Shown here piece after piece: positions 10,782 to 19,322 of a stretch of DNA of 64,000 bases; within the stretch, counting starts at the first letter, position 1; each line of letters starts with the position of its first letter. The stretch covers positions 62,001-126,000 of the IMG/VR virus record IMGVR_UViG_3300035145_003993. One strand, written 5' to 3'. The notes beneath the pieces were generated by a model, which was not told where the DNA came from, searched no databases, and saw nothing but the letters and a program-made list of their open reading frames with translations. Position numbers and translations under genes: made by a program.

Positions 10782-11045
10782 ATGAATAATTCGAAAAATA
10801 ATCTAGACAATATTACATGCTATAATGCACATAAAATTAAAAATAAGTCTTGTCAAAATAAATCGTGTAGATATTGGCACGATTTAAATAAACAAGATAG
10901 TAATTGTATTCTTAACAAAGTAAATTCTGATGAAGATTTTACTTTACAAGAAATAGGTGATCTATTTGGAATAACTAGAATGAGAGTCTGTCAAATAGAA
11001 AAAAATGTTTTAGAAAAAATTAAAAAAAATTTAGTCTTTGTTTAG
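10782..11045 (+). CDS. Stand-alone sigma-70 region-4 HTH protein with Cys-rich N-terminus
   Basis: FTLQEIGDLFGITRMRVCQIEKNVLEKIK matches the sigma70 r4.2 HTH; N-terminal C/H cluster (CYNAH, CQNKSCRYW, NCIL). Confidence 0.75.
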   Translation: MNNSKNNLDNITCYNAHKIKNKSCQNKSCRYWHDLNKQDSNCILNKVNSDEDFTLQEIGDLFGITRMRVCQIEKNVLEKIKKNLVFV

Positions 11046-11249
11046 AGTAAACTTTACAAAGTCGCCTAAAAATCCTTTTAAGTGCCTTAAACTTTTTCTT
11101 AGCCTAACTCCTGCTGCTTTATTACCTTTATTTGCCTTTTGAGCATCTAGTTCAATTGAATCAACTAAAAGCCTAAGATGCCCATAATGATCTTCTACAG
11201 AGTCTAAAACAATATCTTGAACTTCTTCTGTTAATACTTCTTCTGTCAT
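11031..11249 (-). CDS. Histone H1-like Hc1-family nucleoprotein
   Basis: DAQKANKGNKAAGVRLRKSLRHLK resembles the Hc1 signature GNKAAG.R.RK. Confidence 0.65.
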   Translation of the reverse strand: MTEEVLTEEVQDIVLDSVEDHYGHLRLLVDSIELDAQKANKGNKAAGVRLRKSLRHLKGFLGDFVKFTLNKD

Positions 11250-11260
11250 ATTAATTCTCC

Positions 11261-11482
11261 TTAAATAATTAAATTTTCTTTTTTATTTTCATTAGCTTCT
11301 TCATTAGGATTTAATAAAAAATGAATTTTTCTCATTAGGTCAGTATTTTCTAATTCAAGAGATAAAATAGATATAATTTTAATAATTTCACTATCATTTA
11401 CACCAAAATTAATTATTTCTTTTACTATATTTCTACTTTTTTCAATTGATTTTATATCATCTGCATTTTTAGCTTTAAGCAT
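11261..11482 (-). CDS. Hypothetical protein
   Basis: 73-aa ORF in a tight operon. Confidence 0.5.
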   Translation of the reverse strand: MLKAKNADDIKSIEKSRNIVKEIINFGVNDSEIIKIISILSLELENTDLMRKIHFLLNPNEEANENKKENLII

Positions 11483-11949
11483 TATAAATACCTTTGAAAT
11501 ACTTCTTTTTTGAGTTTAAAATTACCATTATTAAATTCTAATAGATTAATTACTATATTACTATCAATTTCATTTTTGTTTAATATTATATTACCTTTTT
11601 CTTTACTTTCAATAAGGTATTCAGCTAATTCCCAATCTGAAATGTGACATTGATTTTTTTCAAGTAAGTCAACTAAATTATTAAAATTATTTGATATTAA
11701 ATTAAACTTAATATCATCTATTGTTGTTACTAATGCAGATAAACTTTCATTTCCCCATTTAATTTCGCTTTTTAAAACTTCTGTAACTCTGTGTATAATA
11801 TTACAATTTTCACACATTACATATTTTTCTTCACACTTATCTTTTATCAACTTTGAAAAAACAGGAAATTTATGATAGACAGGTTTTGTTTTGTTTTTAA
11901 AAATTGATAAAGTACATTGACATTCAATTAAGTGTTTAACATAATTCAT
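11482..11949 (-). CDS. Hypothetical protein with putative Zn ribbon
   Basis: ECQC...CENCNIIH cysteine pairs; overlaps its neighbours. Confidence 0.55.
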   Translation of the reverse strand: MNYVKHLIECQCTLSIFKNKTKPVYHKFPVFSKLIKDKCEEKYVMCENCNIIHRVTEVLKSEIKWGNESLSALVTTIDDIKFNLISNNFNNLVDLLEKNQCHISDWELAEYLIESKEKGNIILNKNEIDSNIVINLLEFNNGNFKLKKEVFQRYL

Positions 11950-13150
11950 TAGAATCCTCTTTATTTTGAAGAATAATATATCCTATAGAACTCAAGGTTT
12001 CAGCTAATTTATTTCCCAATATTTTAACTGACTCAATACATTTGTATGAATATAAATAATTATCTATTTCTTTTAATCCAAATATTGCTATATTATTATA
12101 ACATACTATTAAATATTTAACTTCAGATAACATTTCTATGTTAGACATAGGAATTAATATTTCAACTATATTCGTGTTAATCCTAGCCTTTCTCTTGAAC
12201 AAATATTTTTTTAGGCTACTATCATTACAATCTTTAAGTTTTTCATTAATAATTTCATTAATTTCATTATTTGGATTAAAAATTTCTATATTATGCCACT
12301 GGGCTTTTAACATTCCTATACTAGATTTTTCTACTGAATTTTTGTACATACTATCACCTAATTCAGCACTAACTAATTGACAATTTAATACTTTAGATAA
12401 ATCTTCTAACTTAAAAGGATCTTCATTATCAAATTTAACTATATAAGGTAAAATATGAACTTTATTTCTTAAAATAATATTTTTAATTGCTTTTACACAA
12501 TTATCTGTCATTCCTCTACAAAATATAATTAAAGGCAAATTATTATCTTTTGCTTTGTCAATCAAAGGAATAAGTTCAGATTCTCTTTCAATAAAGACAT
12601 CTAAAACAGATATCAAATAACTTTGAGTTTTAGACTTTGATTTACTAAAATATATATTTGAAAAATCTTTATGAATACTAACATTAAAAATAGGATTTTT
12701 TCTTTTTTTCACTAAAACTTCAGAAGAATTTGTAGGATTACAAATTATAGTTGCATTTGGTCCAGAAAATTCTAAAATATTTTTTATCAAATCAGAGTTT
12801 TTTTTGACTGTTAATTGATTAAAGTATTTTGTTATGTTATCTAAACTTTTTTCTACGTTTTTTTCGTTTTCAAAAATACTTTTATTTTTTAAAATTAAAT
12901 TTACAATATAACAAGATAAAAGATAAGAACTACCAGGATATATTTTTTCTGATTTGTGGAAATAATTTAAAAGTATATCTGCATATGGAGTTTCTCTGAA
13001 TTGTTCTGAAGAACATATGTATTTGAAAAAATTGAATTTTGACAAATATACTCTATTACTCGAGACAATTCTCAACCTAGAATTTTTAAATTTTTCATTT
13101 AATTTTGATAAACTTAAAACTGTGTTTAATAATGTACTATTCTTATTCAT
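11936..13150 (-). CDS. Highly diverged GroEL/chaperonin-like protein
   Basis: ELIPLIDKAKDNNLPLIIFCRG and KLEDLSKVLNCQLVSAELGD resemble the GroEL apical domain; the GDGTTT ATP motif appears replaced by PGSSYL. Confidence 0.6.
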   Translation of the reverse strand: MNKNSTLLNTVLSLSKLNEKFKNSRLRIVSSNRVYLSKFNFFKYICSSEQFRETPYADILLNYFHKSEKIYPGSSYLLSCYIVNLILKNKSIFENEKNVEKSLDNITKYFNQLTVKKNSDLIKNILEFSGPNATIICNPTNSSEVLVKKRKNPIFNVSIHKDFSNIYFSKSKSKTQSYLISVLDVFIERESELIPLIDKAKDNNLPLIIFCRGMTDNCVKAIKNIILRNKVHILPYIVKFDNEDPFKLEDLSKVLNCQLVSAELGDSMYKNSVEKSSIGMLKAQWHNIEIFNPNNEINEIINEKLKDCNDSSLKKYLFKRKARINTNIVEILIPMSNIEMLSEVKYLIVCYNNIAIFGLKEIDNYLYSYKCIESVKILGNKLAETLSSIGYIILQNKEDSNELC

Positions 13151-13243
13151 AGATTAAATTATAAAAATATTTTATTTAATGTTAATTTTAACCCAATATA
13201 AAACTTTTTGTAAATATAATGGAAACTTATTTTTCATTTTGAT

Positions 13244-14878
13244 CTACATTTCTATATAACTTTCAATAAAATTTTTAGGAAGATGATGTTTATTTTTATT
13301 ATAAACTCTTTCCCAATCTCTATCAAGTATATATGTTATTGCTTCATCATTTTCTGATCTGATACTTCTTCCTACACTTTGTATAACTGTTCTTGTAGTT
13401 TGAAGATCATACCACCAATTCCATTTTTTAATTTTTTTACCTACAACTTTATCACCTAAATATGGAAACGGTATTTTACAAATTATTTGAAATTTAGATA
13501 ATTCTCCTTTTAAATTAACTCCTTCAGCCATTGAAGGAGAAATTAATATAGTAGGTTCTTTTGATTTAATGTGATTATCTAAAACTTTATCTCTATTTTC
13601 TCCGTAAGCAATTAATAGTCTTTTAGATCTTATAGATCTTTTTAAGAATTCAGCAATTTTTGTATTGTGTGTATGAATAATACCTTTTTCTTTAGGATGA
13701 TTTTTAATTATTTCTTTAACCATTGATAACATATTAGGTAAAGTTTTATCAATATTTTTCATAGACATGCTTCCCGCGGGAGAGTATACTATCGGACTTT
13801 TTTTAGGATCAAAAGGAGAGTCTTCTTTTACAGAAATAGTTTTATCAGATGGTAATCCTAACGTTAAAGAAAATCCTTCATGTGATAATATCGTTGCTGA
13901 CATGAATATTACAAAATCGGCATATTTTAGTAAATAATCATGAGCATATTCTGCAACTTCAATAGGTTTAAAAATAAATTTTTTATATGAATCATTTGAT
14001 TTTTCAATATCAAAAACCCAATTGTCTTTGTTGTATAAATTTATAAAGTTTAATATTTTTTTCTCGTGAGATACGAGCATATCAAGTCTTTTAGTTATTT
14101 TTGAAAATTCTTCTAGTTTTTGTGTTGTTAAACCAAATCTTTCCATTTGACTTGTGATATTTTTTATTTTACTAGATATTTTTGGATAATATACGTTTTT
14201 AATCCATAAAAAAGTTTGATACTGAGTTTTTAATGTTTTATCTAACTTTATTTTTAAAATCTTTTCAGCGAAATATTCAGAAATTGATATTTCTACAAAT
14301 CTAGATAATTCGTTTTCTAAATTATGAGCTTCATCTATTATAAGAACTCTTTTATTTGGAATTTTTTGACTAAATGATTTTTCTGTAAGGAAATAACTAA
14401 AATTTGTTATTCCTAAAGATTTCTCCATAAAATCTTTTTTCATTTTTTTATAACAACAATCATAACTACAACTACTATATTTTTTTGGAATACTTTTTGA
14501 TCTAAGACCAGTTTGTATATCTTTACAAGAAGTATTTTTATCTATAGAACATTTATAGTTTGAAGAAGAATATAAAGAGACTAAACCTGTTGATTTTGAA
14601 AAATCATCTTCGTATTGTTTTTGAAGTATTTTTTGAGTTGTTAAAAAATATGCTCCATTGTCATATTCTCTTTCGTATTCTGAATTGTTGATTAATGATT
14701 GAGCAATAGTTAGTCCTATTGCAGACTTTCCTACACCTGTCCCGCAATCAATAATTGCGTATTTTTTATTATTCTTGAATTCTTCTAGAACTTTGTTTAT
14801 TACGTTTTCTTGTTGTTTTCTTGGAGATTTATAAGGGAAAAATTTATCCCAATCATTTATATTAATAATATTATTCAA
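13244..14878 (-). CDS. DinG/XPD-like SF2 helicase
   Basis: Motif I GTGVGKS; IIDEAHN; MSAT; EGVNL; QSVGRSIRSEND; Cys cluster (YKC..C..CSYDCCY) at the Fe-S position. Confidence 0.88.
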   Translation of the reverse strand: MNNIININDWDKFFPYKSPRKQQENVINKVLEEFKNNKKYAIIDCGTGVGKSAIGLTIAQSLINNSEYEREYDNGAYFLTTQKILQKQYEDDFSKSTGLVSLYSSSNYKCSIDKNTSCKDIQTGLRSKSIPKKYSSCSYDCCYKKMKKDFMEKSLGITNFSYFLTEKSFSQKIPNKRVLIIDEAHNLENELSRFVEISISEYFAEKILKIKLDKTLKTQYQTFLWIKNVYYPKISSKIKNITSQMERFGLTTQKLEEFSKITKRLDMLVSHEKKILNFINLYNKDNWVFDIEKSNDSYKKFIFKPIEVAEYAHDYLLKYADFVIFMSATILSHEGFSLTLGLPSDKTISVKEDSPFDPKKSPIVYSPAGSMSMKNIDKTLPNMLSMVKEIIKNHPKEKGIIHTHNTKIAEFLKRSIRSKRLLIAYGENRDKVLDNHIKSKEPTILISPSMAEGVNLKGELSKFQIICKIPFPYLGDKVVGKKIKKWNWWYDLQTTRTVIQSVGRSIRSENDEAITYILDRDWERVYNKNKHHLPKNFIESYIEM

Positions 14879-14931
14879 AGTTATTCCTTAAACTTTAGAG
14901 TTAAAACAATATTATTATATTAAAATAAATT

Positions 14932-15393
14932 TTATAAGTTTTTAAATAATATATTTTTTATAATAATATTAGCTTCGTCAGGAGAATCACAATAAATTAC
15001 TTCATTTTCTTTGTCATTAAAGTATAATGTAACAATATCTTTACCTTTTTCTGTATCAATACCAATTTCAGCATGAATTAAGTTTTTAAAATTTAAAACG
15101 TCACTAGCTGTATTTATTCCAGAATTATCTCCTGACAAGTTATCAGAATTAGATGACCTAAGATTTCTTCCAGGTGCTATATAATTCTCTTTTAATATAT
15201 AATCAGAATATAAGTTTAATGATATTTCTTTTATATGACTCTTTTTAAAGTATCTTTTATTAGAGTTATAGTATAAATTGCTTATAAGTGATTTTACATC
15301 TTTTAAAGAACTTTTTTCATTTATATTTTCTAAAATATAATTTGATTCAGCTCTTGATAACATAATGTAACAATTATCGTATTTTAAATACAT
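14932..15393 (-). CDS. Hypothetical protein
   Basis: 153-aa ORF, no recognised motif. Confidence 0.5.
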   Translation of the reverse strand: MYLKYDNCYIMLSRAESNYILENINEKSSLKDVKSLISNLYYNSNKRYFKKSHIKEISLNLYSDYILKENYIAPGRNLRSSNSDNLSGDNSGINTASDVLNFKNLIHAEIGIDTEKGKDIVTLYFNDKENEVIYCDSPDEANIIIKNILFKNL

Positions 15394-15395
15394 AT

Positions 15396-15653
15396 TTATT
15401 TCTCTTTTTTAACATCTTCTTCATCAAATATTTCAACAGCAGCTGAAATGTATTTATCTAATGCTGCTTGTCCTAAAACGTAACCAATAGTTAAACATGA
15501 TGATGAAACTACCATACCTAGTAAAAGTGTAGTTTCATAAATATCTAAAGTTCCTATATGAGTTATTAGATAACCCATTAAAAATTTTGTTGTAAGCTCT
15601 GAAATAATGTAGGCTAAAAATTTTTTACTTCTAATTGGATGTTTATCTATCAC
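15396..15653 (-). CDS. Two-TM membrane protein (holin-like)
   Basis: SKKFLAY start, two hydrophobic segments, charged C-terminal tail. Confidence 0.45.
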   Translation of the reverse strand: MIDKHPIRSKKFLAYIISELTTKFLMGYLITHIGTLDIYETTLLLGMVVSSSCLTIGYVLGQAALDKYISAAVEIFDEEDVKKEK

Positions 15654-15830
15654 TTTAATGTCCTTTTTAATTTTTTATAAATTATAAATATATTAAGTTT
15701 TACACAATATATAAGAAAGTTCTATTTAAATTAAATATTTTGATATTTATATTACGTGACAATATTTTTGTGATTTATAATATTTAAATTAAACTAATAA
15801 AGAAAAACTAAAAAAAGAAAAGTAATCAAA

Positions 15831-16694
15831 ATGTCGATAAGATTAGATGAAAATACTGTTGAAGCTAATATTGCAATTGTTTTAACTGATATTATCGGAT
15901 CGACTAAGTTTGTTCAAAAAAATGGATCATATACAGCAGCAAAATGGTTTGGAGCACACGATAAAGCTGTTATGAATTTTATTGCAAGACATAACGGACA
16001 GCTTATAGATGCTTCTGATGGACATTTAATGATGTTTTCTACAGTTGTTGATGCAATTGGTTTTTCATTTGAATATAAAAAATATTTAAGAAAGAAAAAA
16101 TTCCCTTTCAGGAGTCGCGTTGGTATACACTGGGACAAGATGTTAATCGTAAAGTCTGAAGCACATATTGTAAGAGCTGGAGGAAAGCGAATAAATCTAG
16201 AAGGTATAGGCAAAAACATTGCAGCACGTACTATGTCAATATGTGGTGAAGAACAAATCCTTATGTCAAGCCAAGCTTATATGCAATACAAAAAATTTGG
16301 TCATAGGAGTAACTACATACCTCAAAAAGCACTATCAGCCTTAGTCGGACTCTATTCCTTTAAAGGGGTTTCAGAACCTGAAGCTATTTACGCGATTGGT
16401 TTGATTGAGGCACAGCTTCAACCACCACCTGACGGTGAAAAAGCAAAAAGAATTGGTGGAGCTAGAAAAATAAGAACGAGACTAAGAAACAAAAACCTGA
16501 AAGAATTAGTTTGGTGGATAACATTAAAAATTTTTTGGATTTCTTTGGTTTTTATTTTTGTTTTTTTGATAAAAACAGCAGATAATTTCCATACTAATAG
16601 TATGTTTTATACTCTAACTGGCATCGATTTAAATTATTATATTGGATGGATTATTCCATTGTTTAACCAAATAGTTGAGTTGTTAAAAACTTAA
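15831..16694 (+). CDS. Class III nucleotide (adenylate/guanylate-type) cyclase with C-terminal TM segment
   Basis: VLTDIIGST; LIDASDGHLMMF; RVGIH; NIAART...QILMS; hydrophobic C-terminus. Confidence 0.85.
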   Translation: MSIRLDENTVEANIAIVLTDIIGSTKFVQKNGSYTAAKWFGAHDKAVMNFIARHNGQLIDASDGHLMMFSTVVDAIGFSFEYKKYLRKKKFPFRSRVGIHWDKMLIVKSEAHIVRAGGKRINLEGIGKNIAARTMSICGEEQILMSSQAYMQYKKFGHRSNYIPQKALSALVGLYSFKGVSEPEAIYAIGLIEAQLQPPPDGEKAKRIGGARKIRTRLRNKNLKELVWWITLKIFWISLVFIFVFLIKTADNFHTNSMFYTLTGIDLNYYIGWIIPLFNQIVELLKT

Positions 16695-17162
16695 TATTGA
16701 ATACCAAGGCGTTGGTCTACCGAAAACTATCGAGCCATTATATTCTTCATTTATAGCTGTACAGTTCAAAATAGATTTGATTCTAAGCTCAACAGTTGTC
16801 TGAGAGGTAGTAATAAGCACACATCTCGCAAAAGATTCAGATTTGTATCTATGTGTATTATCATTCCATGTTGCTGTACTAAGTTGGCAATCTTTACCAA
16901 GCCACACTGAGTTTGTAACGTCATACCATTGAAAGACCATATAACCTCCCGTATACGTTGTGCGTTTATCTATAAAAGCACTTGCTGTAAGTAATACAGA
17001 TAAACCGCTACTAATAACTAGTTGACCGTTTGAATTAGTTATACCTGTATGAGTAGCGCTAGTACATGGGATTCGTGTATTTACGTTTAAATCGGCTGGA
17101 ACACCAAGTGTGCTTTGTGTCTTATTAACATCAGGATTTGCTAAAAAAGGGGCATATGTCAT
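16683..17162 (-). CDS. Hypothetical beta-rich (C1q/TNF-like) protein
   Basis: Alternating aromatic/hydrophobic strands, TVELRI motif; co-oriented with three similar small genes. Confidence 0.4.
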   Translation of the reverse strand: MTYAPFLANPDVNKTQSTLGVPADLNVNTRIPCTSATHTGITNSNGQLVISSGLSVLLTASAFIDKRTTYTGGYMVFQWYDVTNSVWLGKDCQLSTATWNDNTHRYKSESFARCVLITTSQTTVELRIKSILNCTAINEEYNGSIVFGRPTPWYSILSF

Positions 17163-17171
17163 CTTTAACTC

Positions 17172-17573
17172 CTATAGTACAACACAAATAGAACTATTTA
17201 ATGTGTGATTCTCATCATTAAACTCATAATAGTGAATAGCTAGTTCATCGTTTGTATATTTAGCACACCCTACTGAACCACCAGAAATACTATTTGAATA
17301 CCCGTCAGATGTATCAAAACCAAAACCTCCTGTAGGTGTCGGGCAGTGACCTGCATTAGACAACAAGTTTGGAGATCCTCCTCCTGTATCATAAGTGTAA
17401 AGGTCACTGAAAGCTAAACCATTTTCAACAAACATTTTAGTAGTATGAAATGCGCCTGCACTTGTTCGAACTTCATCAATAGTTAGTTTATTTAGTTGAC
17501 CTACTACTCCTGTATCTTGACCAGAGTTAATAATTCCTACTGCAAACATTCCTCTTGGTAATCTATAACTCAT
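17172..17573 (-). CDS. Hypothetical protein (possible virion accessory)
   Basis: 133-aa G/S/T-rich ORF with SD. Confidence 0.45.
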   Translation of the reverse strand: MSYRLPRGMFAVGIINSGQDTGVVGQLNKLTIDEVRTSAGAFHTTKMFVENGLAFSDLYTYDTGGGSPNLLSNAGHCPTPTGGFGFDTSDGYSNSISGGSVGCAKYTNDELAIHYYEFNDENHTLNSSICVVL

Positions 17574-18013
17574 GTTCGTACTCCATAAATAACTAAGTCT
17601 GAATTTCCGATTGTCGTGGTTGAAAAATATGAGTCTGTCACCCTTAATTCAACATCAACTCCACCTTCTAGGGTAATTGCACTCGTATACATATCTGTGT
17701 TGAAAACATACGATCCATTAATATTACTATCCCAATCATTATGAGTAATGTACGGAAAGTCTGTATTTAATACATTATCTACATGCCATTTTATTTCAAT
17801 AGATCTATTAACATCATCAGGTTCAACTGACGCGTAACAAATCCACTCACCAGCAGGCAGACTAACCACACCGTTAGACACAGAAACTCCATGTCCACTT
17901 GTTCCTGTTGATATACTATAATTAATAGTATCACCTACAGACACAGATGCAGAATTTGCTTCAAGGTAAACGAGATATGTGCCTAGAGTTGCTTTTTTGT
18001 TGTTAAAACTCAT
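17570..18013 (-). CDS. Hypothetical beta-rich (C1q/TNF-like) protein
   Basis: VVSLPAGEW...VELRV; ATGA overlap with the next gene. Confidence 0.45.
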   Translation of the reverse strand: MSFNNKKATLGTYLVYLEANSASVSVGDTINYSISTGTSGHGVSVSNGVVSLPAGEWICYASVEPDDVNRSIEIKWHVDNVLNTDFPYITHNDWDSNINGSYVFNTDMYTSAITLEGGVDVELRVTDSYFSTTTIGNSDLVIYGVRT

Positions 18014-18022
18014 AATTCACTC

Positions 18023-18349
18023 CTAAACAATAAACCAATTTGCCCCATTACTTTGTAATGTAAGTGACTCGTAACGATTTATAATACTAACTGATGATTT
18101 GTTATCTATTAACTCTGTCCCACCAGAAATTCCTCCGTCACGGACGAGTCTTATTGTATAACCATTCGCATTGCTTTTAATATTATATTGATAACCATTA
18201 CCACACGTAACTGCTGAAGGGAGAAAAATGTCAATGTTTGCGCTTGCCGTTACTATATACGTCTCTCCATCACCTCTGTGATTAGTGATTGTATAATTAC
18301 TGCTTGGCGCAATACTGTTTGTATAAAAATTAGATTTTATATAAGTCAT
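18023..18349 (-). CDS. Small tail-fibre-domain-like protein
   Basis: IDIFLPSAVTCGNGYQYNIK...ESLTLQSNGANWFIV is typical of phage fibre modules. Confidence 0.55.
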   Translation of the reverse strand: MTYIKSNFYTNSIAPSSNYTITNHRGDGETYIVTASANIDIFLPSAVTCGNGYQYNIKSNANGYTIRLVRDGGISGGTELIDNKSSVSIINRYESLTLQSNGANWFIV

Positions 18350-18494
18350 ACTTTTCCCTTAACACATTATATATCGTTATATATCTATATATAAAACTAG
18401 AAAGAGAAAATCATGCAAAAAAATAATAAAAAGAAAAACACAAAATCAGACGACGCTTTACGACCATTTATATATTTCATTTGGGAGAAGAAGA

Positions 18495-18965
18495 ATGTCT
18501 AATAAAGAAGAAAAGACTCAAAAACAATTTACACAAACAGAAAAAGCAAAACGAGGTTGGTGGTTTAGCGTCGTTTTTATGATTCTTGTTATATGTTTAA
18601 TAATGTTCCTTGCTTTTATTCCTTTACAACAGGACAATCGAGATATCATTGTGGGTATGATTGGTATGATTACAGGAGCAATATCTTCAATGCTTTCAAT
18701 TGCTGCAGGACGAGACCCATCTGAAGTAGAGGAACTAAAGGATAAACTATCATCAGCAAATGCTGACCGTGCAGCTTTGATTGGACGTTTAAGAGATTCA
18801 CAAATTCAGATGCAGCTACTTAGAGAGCAAATATTTGAATTACAAAGTGCTGTAATTGACAAGTTGTCTTTGTTTAAAGGACAACATCCAATCAAAACTA
18901 AAAATATAAATCAAGTTGTTTTACATGATGAAGTTGAAGAGTGGCTTCCAAAATTAGAAAAATAA
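18495..18965 (+). CDS. Two-TM + coiled-coil membrane protein
   Basis: Hydrophobic segments at about aa 22-44 and 51-71, followed by a heptad-rich helix. Confidence 0.6.
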   Translation: MSNKEEKTQKQFTQTEKAKRGWWFSVVFMILVICLIMFLAFIPLQQDNRDIIVGMIGMITGAISSMLSIAAGRDPSEVEELKDKLSSANADRAALIGRLRDSQIQMQLLREQIFELQSAVIDKLSLFKGQHPIKTKNINQVVLHDEVEEWLPKLEK

Positions 18966-18982
18966 ATTTTTTTATATTTTAT

Positions 18983-19288
18983 TTAATTACACCACCAGTC
19001 ATCAAAAGAACCAAAATCTATTTGCTCATATAGACTATCAGGTATGCTTCCAACACAATCGTAACTAAACCATTCTCCTTCAAGTCTATACTTTCTTAAC
19101 TTCTCGTGTAATATTTTTTCTTTCCACCCAATATTTTTAAACTCTGCTATTAATTTCAGTCTATTAGGATTACCCGTTTGAAGCTGTTTTAATCTTTTTT
19201 GTGGGTCTTTAGATCTACCTATTTTTATCATTCCAGTTTTGTCTGATTGAATTAGATATAAACTGTCTTTGTTCATTTTAACACTCAT
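18983..19288 (-). CDS. T5orf172/GIY-YIG-like domain protein
   Basis: LYLIQ...IKIGRSKDPQKRLKQLQTGNP...EKILHEKL..YRLEGEWF. Confidence 0.85.
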   Translation of the reverse strand: MSVKMNKDSLYLIQSDKTGMIKIGRSKDPQKRLKQLQTGNPNRLKLIAEFKNIGWKEKILHEKLRKYRLEGEWFSYDCVGSIPDSLYEQIDFGSFDDWWCN

Positions 19289-19322
19289 AATTATAATTAT
19301 ATTTTATTAATAAAGGAATTAT

